Assembly: GCA_030704615.1 (NCBI GenBank)
Contig: CM060731.1
Coordinates: forward strand, 51,212,001-51,276,000
Length of the DNA: 64,000 nucleotides
Reading direction: 5' to 3'
DNA from: Takakia lepidozioides
Taxonomy: Eukaryota > Plantae > Bryophyta
Positions 50,774 through 62,293 of this stretch are shown here, in pieces. Under the pieces are notes generated by a model. That model ran no database searches, had not been told where the DNA came from, and worked only from the letters and a program-made list of their open reading frames with translations. The stretch's first letter is position 1. Each line of letters starts with the position of its first letter. Position numbers and translations under genes: made by a program.

Positions 50774-52403
50774 GAGGGTAGCTACCATGTGAGCAGTTCA
50801 CGTGAGCACGTTCACGCTTTAAGTGGTAAACGAGAGCAGAATCCCTTAAGCGTGAGCAGATTCCAAGCGTGAGCAGAATGAGAGCCTACAACCAAGGGAA
50901 GAAGATGGCCTATTGCCGTGGACAAAACTACACTGCACTGACGCAATCTCCACCCCATCCGACGGAAGAGTCCTTGCTGGGTGACGACCATATGGTACGA
51001 ATGTGCGATGAAAAGCTGCCGGATAAATGGTTTTGAGATGAATGAAAACAGGAATGGATGAATGTTGGATGACTCTTGGATGAAAAATGAGCGACATGAA
51101 TGAACCATGGTGCGTGTGCAGGTGCTCGGGATTAAGGTGTCGTCAACGACATCTTAATTCCCAGTATGAGTTGGCACATGACAGCTTACGAAAAAACCAA
51201 AATCCCCGAATTGTTTTTCCCAAAAACATTAACCAAAAAAATTTCAACCCAAAAAACTTTCAAGGCGAAGAAGCCTTGGCGGTAAGGCGGTGTGTGTGCA
51301 GGTGGTGGGGATTAAGGTGTCGTCAACGATATCTTAATTCCCAGCAAGTTTTTATTATTATTTATTATTTATTATTTATTTTATTATTATTTAATTTCTC
51401 CCCCCCCCCCCCCCCAATGTGCCAGATTAAGGTGTCGTCAACGTCATCTTAATTCTCAGTCCGAGTTGGCACATGACAATTCATGGAAAAACCAAAAACC
51501 CCAAAAAAAATCACCTAAAAAATTTCAACTCAAAAAAAATCTGATGACGAACAGCCTTGGCGGTAAAGCGGTGTGTGTGCAGGTGCTGGGGATTAAGGTG
51601 TCGTCAACGACATCTTAATTCCCAGTACAAGGTGGCACATGACAATTCATGGAAAAACCAAAAACCCCAAAAAAATTCACCCAAAAAATTTCAAACCACA
51701 AAAATCTGATGGCGAACAAGCCTTGGTGGTAAGGCGGTATGTGTGCAGGTGCTGGGGATTAAGATGTCGTCAACGACATCTTTATTCCCAGTACGAGTTG
51801 GCATATGACAATTCATGGAAAAATCAAAAACCCCAAAAACTTTCACCCAAAAATATCTGATGGCGAACAAGCCTTGGCGGTAAGGCGGTGTGTGTGCAGG
51901 TGCTTGGGATTAAGGTGTCGTCAACGACATCTTAATTCCCAGTACGTGTTTTGAAATGTTTATTTATAAAGCACGAGTTCACCTCTCTGCCTTCTTTATA
52001 TTTGGGTGTGAGCATTTCTCTCAACCTTGAATACCTGGAAAAATGACAAGTAACCCCTCCTCAATCCACAAAGCAATGTGGATTCATTGTTGGCAATATA
52101 CACTGCACTTTCACAATTGATGACTAGCATGGTTTAAAGGATTTCGGAGCTCGGGGATTTCGGAGCTACTACTACAAAACAACTTTGTATTATTTCATTC
52201 ATCCATCATCATACAAACATTCATCCGCCATTCATCCCTCATTCATCCCAGTAGCATCCATATACTGGCCACTATGTGTAGTAATAGGTCTTCTAAGTCG
52301 AGTAGGCCCCTGCGGTTATAGGTGGGTAGATCCTGAAGCGTGAGCAAATTTTTGCTCACGGTTTTTTCTGCTCACGGGATCTGCTCACAAAATAGCATCC
52401 CCC
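50774..52403. mobile_element. Non-autonomous TIR element (MULE-like) inserted in the PPR fragment
   Basis: Imperfect TIRs gagggtagctaccatgtgagcag / ctgctcacaaaatagcatccccc, subterminal cgtgagca repeats, 9-bp TSD-like agcctcgat/ggcctcgac; PPR reading resumes across it (YAQQGRGVEA-LETYEQM). Confidence 0.65.
51110..51945. repeat. ~150-180-bp tandem repeat with internal hairpin gggattaaggtgtcgtcaacgacatcttaattccc
   Basis: Six hairpin copies at ~51128, 51308, 51425, 51588, 51755 and 51906. Confidence 0.9.
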
Positions 52404-52860
52404 GGCCTCGACACCACGCCCTTGCTGTGCATATCCATGTCCTGCGATCAGTTTGATGAGAGGGCAAATCAGGCTGAAATAGATTGAACAAGAAGGTTCC
52501 CTCACCACATTGTCCTTGACTTTGTGTCATGACTGATGGGGGATTCAACCGACCATCAACCCAAAAGGACCTCTTGTATATGCTGCTTGTGTCCATGGTG
52601 GGGTAATGTCTGATTGGTCTGTGAGAACCACCACGGTGCAGCTGAGCAGCCATAGATTGAAACACGACCACCTAAGACCAAGTTGACCCTCCTAAGCACT
52701 TTGTAAACACCAAAGAAAAATACCAAATCGTTATACTAACATGAAGAGCCAAACTTCTTCACCACATACATTAAGAGAAAGCCACACCTTGCGATTACGG
52801 TTGTCCTACCATCGTGAAGGATCTTTAAAGAACTCATGCTAGTTCTGCTCCGTGCTCCAA
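52404..52860 (-). pseudogene. OSB/PDF-like motif plus PPR start fragment, homologous to the CACTA cargo at 20500-20940
   Basis: Reverse complement reads gcatgagttctttaaagatccttcacgatggtaggacaaccgtaatcgcaaggtgtggc...tcagctgcaccgtggtggttctcac. Confidence 0.75.
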
Positions 52861-54282
52861 GGTAGACTTTTGTGCCCGAAAATCCGGCAGCATCAACATT
52901 TTGCCAAGTTCATTTACGGAGGGGTGCTAGTGAGCTTTCAACAACATTCATGCTGGTCGCTTTGGGCTCCATTGGACTCTCCACAACGAGGACATACGAA
53001 CATGTCCAAATGTTAAACCAGCTTATGTCTGCAGTGTGGAGATTTTGGAGTGGTCTTTGAAAACGAGCAAGAGCATCTGAGCAGCGCCAGTCTTGTTTGG
53101 GCTTACTCCCCAAACACGATTTTTGAAAGAGGGCATGATGTATGCTTGGGATGCCATGTAGCATGGGGAGGATGAAGGCATGCAGGGGGGATGGAGGGCG
53201 ATGCCATGCATGAGGGCATGTCTCATATCCTGGCAGCGGGAACATGAGGCCCGGGAGGGCGTGCTGCGTGGCAGCAGCCTTGCGGTGTACAGGCGTTGGA
53301 GGGGGGTGGGCGTGGGGGTCCACGCTGGCGGAACCGGGCCCCTCGCATTCAACTCCAGGGCCCACCTAATGCTTGGCAAACGGTATATACCCTGGTTACA
53401 GGGGCGACGGTATTTTTTACAAGGATTGGTTCGCTGACACTCCACGGTTGGGACGGTACGAGACACGACAGAGATAGCCCCATAGCCTCGAGGGAGGCCT
53501 GCCGCTCGATCACAATCTGGGCGTGTTGACCGAGGACATCATATTTCATTAACTCACAAATAACTCACAAATGTAATGTAGGGTGGTTGGGGGTCCCGGC
53601 ATAATTAAAGTGCCGGGTGGGAGGTAGATTTGAGGCGGACCCCGCAGCAAATCTGCCGGGGTGAGCCAATCATGGAGCAAGATGCGCGACATTTTTGGGC
53701 TCCGCGCCGTTAGAATGCCGTGTGGGGGCAAGTGCCGTGGCACTGTGGAGATGCTTTTAGTCAAACGTTATATAGCCTGGTTATAGGGGTGAAGGTATTT
53801 TTTACAAGGACGGTTAGGTTGGCACCGTGGAGATGCTCTTAGTCAAACGTTATATAGCCTAGTTACAAGGGTGAAGATATTTTTTACAAGGACGTCTCCG
53901 TTGACACTCCACGATTGGGACGGTAGCAGACCCCACACATACCCAATCACAACTTGGCGGGAAGCGCTCTCCCAATCTTGGAGTGTTGAAATAACCTTGG
54001 AGTGGTGAAATGCCTATCTATAGAGGGCGCAATTGATGGCTGGGTTGGCTTGCTCGTGCAAATGTAATGTACATGGTTGGTGGGGTCCCTTTATGCCTGA
54101 CGTAAAGAATTTAAAAAAAAACTCCTTTGTATTTCGAGTGGGCTTATTTCGTGGAGTAAAGTGCGAGGCCTATCGAATAGCGTTATGGAGTGTAAGCCAC
54201 TCGCACTCTGTAACGCTACTCGCCAGCCTGGCAAGGCACTTTTTTTTTTCAATTCTTTATGCAAGGTAAACAACCCACGTGT

Positions 54283-54373
54283 TGCTTCACAGGTGTGAGC
54301 CCCTTGCCATGTGGGCGGAGGCCCCGCCCCTCGGGCTCCGCCCACGTGGCAAGGGGCTCACACCTGTGAAGCA
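54283..54373. repeat. 38-bp inverted repeat with a 15-nt loop
   Basis: tgcttcacaggtgtgagccccttgccatgtgggcggag ... ctccgcccacgtggcaaggggctcacacctgtgaagca (1 mismatch). Confidence 0.9.
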
Positions 54374-57214
54374 CCTCGCCTGGGTTGCTTATCCTACACA
54401 AAAGTAAGAGGTAAAGCCCTGCCCCGGGACTTTCCTGGATTTGAGGCGCCTGTCCCAGGGCGGAGCCCCAGGGCAAGGGTCCGTAATCTAGGAAAGTCCA
54501 AGGGCGAGGGCTCCACCTTTCGTTAAAAACGAAACTGCCCGTTTTCGAGACTGCCCGTTTCTCCACTGCGTTGCCACTACGGTTTCATTGTCACGTCATT
54601 GTAGCTCGCTGCCCAAGTTTGAAAAACGTCTGCCCAATATTAAGAATAATAGATCCATAAAATATGCCAGCCTGCTGGGGGACAAATTCCATAATCTGGG
54701 ATTACAGCCCCCCTCCCGGGGCAAAAACCTGTAATCAAGTGCGAGGGAAAATTCATGTCAGGGAAGCCCTAATTTTAACAAAGCCAAAAAATCTGAAGGT
54801 TTTTACGTGTCCCGACGCAGATTTGCTCCGGGACGGAAGCATCTAAAGTTGAATGACCTACTGTAGTGTGAAAACGCCTCTCCTTCTAAAATGAGAGGCG
54901 TGTGAAAACTTGGGTGACGAAGGGTGTCATAATGCAAATGTATGAAAATTTTGGATGAGCAACTATGTTCGTCAGCGCACATTTTTGGCACGCAGGCTCA
55001 GAGTGAGTGAAGAAGCTTTGAAAATGAATCTTCTCGAGCTCGGAATGAGTGCCTTGCAGCTGACATTCGTACATCGATTCTGCTCAGGAGTCAGATCTGC
55101 TCCGGGAGTGCATTTCGATGGCGTGTGTTTATGTGAAGGGTGATGACCCTTAGTAATAATTTGGGTGTACATTGTAGTGGCAGCTACCCGCAAACGGCGG
55201 AAAGTCCGCGGGCAGGAACTTTCCGCTGCGTAAAAATTTGCTCACCTGGTTCCACACTCTGACTAGCTGGCTTCACATCCAAATGATATGTCATCCAAGG
55301 GACAAGATTGCGTTCCACTAATCTCCCTCTGGCAAACCACCCGTTCCATGCTACCGCCCCCAAATGGCACGACTGGTTCATGCCACTTGTGCATCCTGGG
55401 GAGTTCTGCTTCAAAATGCCCAAAGGAAAATCTAGAGCAGGTTTTTACGATTCACTGACGGAGGTATCATGGAAAACTGAAGCAGGTACGATGACATCGG
55501 AGCGGCGGCTGGTATGGACTATTTAGGCCGGGATAGAGAAGGGTAAGACAGACTTTGGGAGAGTGAAGAAGGAAGGTGGAAGATCCATAAGTTTGTGGAA
55601 ACAGGTCCCTGACAAGATCATTATAGTGTATGGTAGATCTTGTTCGATCAACGCATTGCTAGAACAGGACAGACGAGTGTCTCTCATTGTTCTCTCTCAC
55701 CCTCATCAGTAAAGTTGTGTGTGGTAGACTTGATAGTCGTAATATACCAAGTCTGCAAGGGAGGCCGGTCATTGGTTGGAGGACCATGGCAGCTATGATC
55801 AGTTGCAGTGGTACTGGCCGGTTGAAGTTAGGGGACGTTGCAACTAGGGTTTTATTGCACCGGGACGACCGTAGCCTTCAGAAACAACAACACACCAGAT
55901 TGGGACCGGTTTACATCGCGAAGCGCACTTGCCGATCTCATGTAAGAAACTACACCATACAAATTGATCATACAAAATACTATATAACATATTTCGAGTG
56001 ATATATCGGTGCCCTGCTAGGTCGAAGGTCAGTAGTGAGTAACCATTTATATCTGATGGATCCTATCGTAGGAAATGCTTGTTGATGTTACAAAGACAAG
56101 CACTGCAAATTTGTTTATCAATACCGTCACTCGTACTAATGCTGTTTGCCCGCGATGCAGCCACTTGAAAATTCATCTGTTTGTAAGAGGGCCTTAGTGC
56201 AGTAGCAGGAGACCCTTACTCACTTGACCACAACCAACCCAAGAGGCATATCGTTTTCCACCTTAATGTTCTTATGGTCATGTTCTGCGTTAAACAGGTC
56301 AATAAAGATATGTGTTACACAAGATTAACTAGAAGAGTTTTGAACTGGATTCTCAGTTCCATTATAATCTAGGTAACAGGTGTCTTTCAGAACTTGACCA
56401 TCGAATTGGGATGGTTAAGTACGTAGCTCTGATATTATTGTCCAATTCCACAAATGAATTTGTGATATATTGTAAGCTTCTCACAGTCTCTGATCTCTAG
56501 AACAGTGACAGATGTTGAGAGCGAGGTCCTGAGTCTGCCATTGACTATCTTGTTGTTCGGATTTCGCCCGTCCTTTCATTGCAAACGAGATTGCGTTCTT
56601 CTTTATAATTAGTCTACTTGGGGACGCATACGACGCCTATTTTGACATAGCCACAACGGCCTGGGGTGGCTTATAAATCTAGCAGTTGGACTTCACTCAA
56701 TAATGAAATTGCGTACTCGTCTCAAACGATATTGTTACTGGAGCAGCCATAGTACAGAACGAACCTGAGAGGAATAGTATATCAGGCCGAGATCAAGACA
56801 AGACGGCTGTAATTTGAAGTCTGAGGACTACAACACATTCTCTCACCAAGTCACTTGAAACCCCAAAAATATATAACAAATTTATGTGTCATGGCTTTTC
56901 GCTCTCATTGCTCCATGGTATATGGTAAAATCTCAAATTTGTCTCAAGATTTCATAACTCTGATCACCGCTTGACATAACGCTTGATCACCTCCTCGGGT
57001 TGACCTTGCTTCAGCCGGTTTTAGTGGCTTGTAACAACACTTCTTTACAAGTGCATTTACTTCAGGATTGGATAACTTTCTTCTTGCCCCCCAAACAAGG
57101 GACAGCTCCAAGGGATTCAGAGCAAGTGGGATTTATGGAATGCTCGTGTGTGTATTGTAGAAGCGGACTTGTCAAAAGACGATCCGAGCAGGTCTGAAGG
57201 ACGAACCTTTTGAG

Positions 57215-60045
57215 ATGCACTCTATGAATCCTATACTGCTGCCTGGCGAGGGAGGTGATCCCTTACCATCTGCACGGAAGACATTACTCAGGGAGGTAAG
57301 CACAGGAGGCGCCATCGGGCCGATACTGGAAGAGGACCACCCCATAGCAGCTATGGCCAAGCTTGTACAAAAGGAGATGAAGATAATCTACTTGGCATCA
57401 TGCTATGACATACCTTGTGCGTTGATGCCCTTTTGGTGTGGTGGCATCAACATGCTAGCAATGCAACCCCACATGCAGGGGTAAGTCCACAAGACTTTTG
57501 TGGTTTTGAAAGCACATTGCGTGTTTAAGAGACTTAGCGTACGTGATCTACAATTAGAAAGAGGTGTCCTTGATGTAACTACGGGATACGTCTTAGTCTG
57601 TATCTTAATATACACGTTATACCTTGGAGGTAATATCTGCAGCTGGAGCTCATCGAGCCTTGCAGATGTCACGGAAGCTGGTGCTTACAATATAGAAGTA
57701 CAAGGGAACTGCACAAGCATACTGGGAAGTACTGGACCATTCGGGCATATAAAATCCTGTGGCACTTGGTGATCATATTTATGCAGTGGGGTACTCCGGA
57801 AATTTCATAGCGTATAGTGATAGTCCTGACAGCTGCAAGTGCATAGTGATGATGAGAGCACAGAAGGTCGCCATATTTCTCTTCCGTCACTAAAAGGGTA
57901 GTGAGACCACTCCAAGGCTTTCGACTGCATCCTTGGTAACATCATCCTCTCACATAATGCTTCGTTTGTGGACAGATTAGATCAACAATTTTGGATTCAT
58001 GCTGCAGAAACGTTTGGTAAGGAAGTTTTATATTCGTGGCTGTACGTCTACACCTTCAATCTTGCCAATCAGTACGTTGGTGGACCGGATGACCTGATCG
58101 ACAAGCCATGGCGTCCCGTCGCTTCGGGTTTAATTTCTCGGGAAGGGTGTCTCAGTCGCTACATCTTGGTCAACTTACTCTTCAGCTTTGTAGGCTGGCA
58201 TGTAAGAATTCTCATCAAATTATTAGAGAGAAGGTTTCTATGCGAATCTCTTTACTAGCATATAGGGAGATCCTGAAGTCGTCTCCATTTATCGGAAAAG
58301 CTCGCTGATATTTCTCGTGAAGCCAGATCAGTTTAAAATAGTTTAAGCCTTCACACTAACTAGATTATAAAGGCAATTTATTGTTTCCTCAACTGAGTAA
58401 GTGTCTAGGCATAGTAGCATCTTTTAATTTTAGGAGTGCCTACATCTAGAATTTTTTTCCAATGAATGAAGAATCTAACCGCTAAAAATATACTGAGTCT
58501 GCAAGATATCATCTGGTAATGGATTGTCTACTATATACTGAATGTTCAGCTGTTTCAGTGGTCGTGACAGTAACAACCCGGGTTGTGGTCGCGTGCTTGC
58601 GTCAGATGGGAGTGCTGCATTGGACATTGCTGTGGCAGGGAATAGTCCTTTGGGGCCTTCTAGGCCTGCAGGAGGGGAATTCCTCAGGTGTGGGGAAAAG
58701 TTTTGCAATGTGGATGGGCGCTATCACACAAACCAGTGTGTCTATAAGTATTGCAAATCCTCTGACAGGTACACTACCAAGAGGCCCTGCCAAGATTTCC
58801 CGACTGTTATGTTTGGCGTTATGCCCAAATGCAATGGGTACATGGATTAGTCACAGTACCTAGTACCTGGGGTAATGAATGAATGAAAGAAAAGCTCGCG
58901 ATCACCTTGTACAGTCTAAACTTTCGCTTACTCGCTTCGCCTTGGGGGGGTCCATGTCGTAGAGCGGTCCCTGAAGATCTAGTCGTGCACATCTCCTGTT
59001 CCAAACAATTCTAAATGTGCAAAAGTTTAAACCAATCAGCTCATAGTATCATTTGTACAGACTTTATATCTTCTTACAGTTGATAAATGTGGGAACAGAC
59101 AAGTTGTTGTGGTGGGCACTTGCAAAAGCAGCCCAAGCTGGAAACCAACATTGGCTCCAGGTCAGTGTTTCCTGCAACAGCTAGCCCTACGACTGTCTTG
59201 AGTAATAATGACTTAAAGCTAGCATGGACAAGGAGAAATGACTAATGTTTTTTTGGGATGGATATAGGACTTCAGAGACGTGGCTGGTGATACCAAAACT
59301 GGAAGAAGAACGTTTCCAGTGATATTTGGAGATGATCTAGCTCGGAAAATATTGGCATTCATATTTCTCATGGATCCGCTGTTCACACACTATGTTCTCA
59401 TGAAGGACTCTTCATACTCTACTCCACAACTTATCTGCGAAGCTATCGGTGCCATCCTGTCTGGCTGTCTGGCTTACCGGTACAGACATCTCCATATTCT
59501 CTGTGTGAATTATAGAATGAACCCTTGTAGAGCGGATTTGAGTTCTTTTCGATTCTAATCCGACAGGCTCCCCAACTGCCCCTGTGGGTTTCCATTATCT
59601 ATCACCGCCCGCGTTGGACGAGAAGTGAAGCAAGCTGGCGGGTCTCAGTAGGCATTCACATCAGTTATGTCCTGAAATATGTTAAAGCTGATATAATCTT
59701 TTGTTGCACCAGGGTCTCAGAGAAAGTGAGGTGGTAGTCTGACATAACCAGAATGTAATCTTGATGATAAGAAGATCTCTTTCGGTCAGTTTTAGTTTAA
59801 CTGGTTGCAGCAGAGCTCTATCACTAAATGAATTTTCGATTCACATAACATTGTTCAACATTATTACCTGCGTTGACACTCACATGCAAGTATTGACATA
59901 CAGTCATATGATGTATTGGCCGACATTGGACTGCAGAATCCTGAGCTACAGGACTGCAAAAGAGGACCACATTACGTACGATACTTGGTTTGCCCTATTT
60001 TGGTACAACTTCAGCTTTTTGACCCTGCCTGGGTTTCTTCTCTAG
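57215..60045 (+). CDS. UbiA-superfamily membrane protein, probable UbiA-type terpene cyclase (~345 aa; exons 57215-57480, 57976-58201, 58606-58768, 59099-59160, 59268-59479, 59937-60045)
   Basis: Phase-consistent GT-AG introns, 1038-nt CDS with no internal stop; YVYTFNLANQYVGGPDDLIDKPWRPVASG, QDFRDVAGDTKTGRRTFP, EDHITY; hydrophobic helices. The exon 4 acceptor and the start codon are the least certain parts. Confidence 0.82.
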
Positions 60046-62293
60046 CTTCAGTAGCAGACAACCGGAGCTCTCACGGATTCAACTCAAGGAAGCAAGTCTA
60101 CAATTGTTTGATATACCAGTGAGACAGTACTGTCCAGATGAATATATCAGTAAGCTAGTGAGCATTGCATTTGTTAGTTACTGCAGGTGACTACGCTGAA
60201 CGAATCATTAGCGACGGAGTCACCAAGAGCGACGACTACGTGCTACTGCCACGTCACCACTGCTTTCCCTCTTTCATATAAGTGTCCATACATGCAGTAT
60301 TGTTTTACAGTGTTGTTGTATTGCTCCTCCGATATATGAGCGCTAGATGCTAGTGTGTGTGTGCCTAGATGTGCATGCTCTGATTACGTTGTTGGTAGAA
60401 AATCAGCAAGCATACTAGTATACTAGGGAACAGTCTCGGAACATTAAGAACTCCGATTAGCATAAGTTGATTTATACAGAGTGTACGCCTAACTACTCAT
60501 AAAGACTAAGATAAGAGTTAGCTACAATCACTTTGGTACGCATAATGTTTCAATGTACAGACTGGCCTAAAACGCGTTATCTACCTGTATACTAGGAGAT
60601 CATAAATAAAGGTGTGTATTTTCTACACCTCCTCTCACACCTTATTTATCCTATATACATTAGTCTAATGAAATGAGTTGAGCTGACTCCTAAAGATTGG
60701 CACTTCTGATTTCTAAATGGTCTCTCATCTCTTCAAACCTTGTGCGCCCTAAGGGTTTCCTAAGGAAATCAGCTAACTGCTCTCGAGTGGAAATATGATA
60801 TAAATCCACTTCTTTGTTCACTATCCTCTCTCGAATGTACCGACTGTAGTGTGAATGCACGGGAGTGACATTAAAATTTTTGTTACTTGCTCAGCTTCCG
60901 CATTTCTAGAAGAGAGGGGCTATGATACCGGTGAGAAGGAAGTTGAGCTATCCCTGTGATTTTATTTCATCCATTGAATGGACGGATTTTTTCCCTGATT
61001 TATCATCCCAACGATGGCGGAGTTCATCCATACTTGCCAGGTTATTTCAAGAGTTGAGAAAAGGATTTTCGCATGGATGGAAATAGGTAAGCTATGAAAC
61101 AATGGATTTTTCATCCGACGGATGAATGAAGTTCATCCATGTTCTAGGAACATCATGGGAACATTGGAGAACGTTTGGCCAGGATATAGCCCAAGTGCCT
61201 GCAATTTTTCATCCATCAGATGAACGAGGTTCATCCATGATTTTTAGTGCTGCAGATCGTGGAAATTAGGGCCTGTCAAGTGTGAAGAATTCATGACGAA
61301 CGGCTGAAACGGAAGTGAAAGATTTTTGCCATAGAGTAATGTATCATGTCCTTTCGGGTGCGCCCACATGGAGTGACAATGGTGAATGAGACCTGATGGC
61401 GGTAGAAACGGGGGATGAGCCTCACCGTTAGACCTTTACCGCTTGAGTAAGGGTATAAAGCACCCAAGTACGATGGTCTTCTTCTTCTTTCACTTAGGAA
61501 TAGTTGTTGTTGCTTTGATTTAGGAGCTCTCAAGCAAGACTGATGTAGGAGATAAGATTTTGAGAAATGGAATGGAGACCTGTGGCTTGACTTCAAACCA
61601 GGGGGATATTGATTAGAGGCCAGATGCAGCCCCACTATAGTCATTGAGTGTATGATGTTTCTTTTGCTTTAGATCATGTGTTTCCAGTAGCATGAATCTG
61701 GACCCAATGTTCTGTATCTGGTCCTGCTGGATGTGTTGCCTTGGTGTAATTGCACAACATGTAGGAAGGGTGCAGTGTTCTACATGATACCCAGAGAATA
61801 TTTTGTCATGCAAGGGTGAGAAAAGAAATCTAGAAAAAAAAAGAGCTGCACAGAAAAAGGAAGAACGAAAGGATAACCAGTTGTAAGCTAAGAGATAAAA
61901 ATGGAGAAGCTTCCTAGTCCCATCCATGTTTTCTCTTCCGCTGCTGTATGGATGATGGCATCTGGTCTCTGGTCATGAACAGTAAAGGGTCAATGATTGA
62001 GGATAGTGATTTAGGTAGCAAATTTGTCTTCACTAGGGTGTAGTGGCTGGGGCAGCAAGCCTCTTTGCACTACAAACCAAATTTAGATTTTACAAAAGGG
62101 ATTCATGCCCTTCTTTTTTCACACTACAGATAATGAACCTCTATATGTTTAGTCTTAGCATGGAACACTGGATTGTTAGCAATCTTAAGACTACTTTGAT
62201 TATCACAAAATATAGATGAAATCACTTAACCGAGATGGGAATTTGATAACTCTACCTGATCGCATTGGTTCTGATTGCCTTGGTTGAAGGATG

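Noticed and set aside
52910-53549. Several overlapping GC-rich ORFs
   Set aside because: No recognisable motifs; expected by chance in GC-rich DNA
55165-55179. Possible CACTA right terminus (gtacattgtagtg)
   Set aside because: No matching left TIR or TSD found in the window, so it was not called as an element
58542-58850. Cys-rich Kazal-like peptide ORF (CNVDGRYHTNQC)
   Set aside because: Alternative frame over UbiA exon 3 and its intron; no signal peptide; the UbiA frame explains the sequence
59080-59098. Alternative acceptor for UbiA exon 4 at 59080
   Set aside because: Better pyrimidine tract but phase 0, incompatible with the phase-1 donor at 58768; 59099 keeps the frame (needs RNA confirmation)
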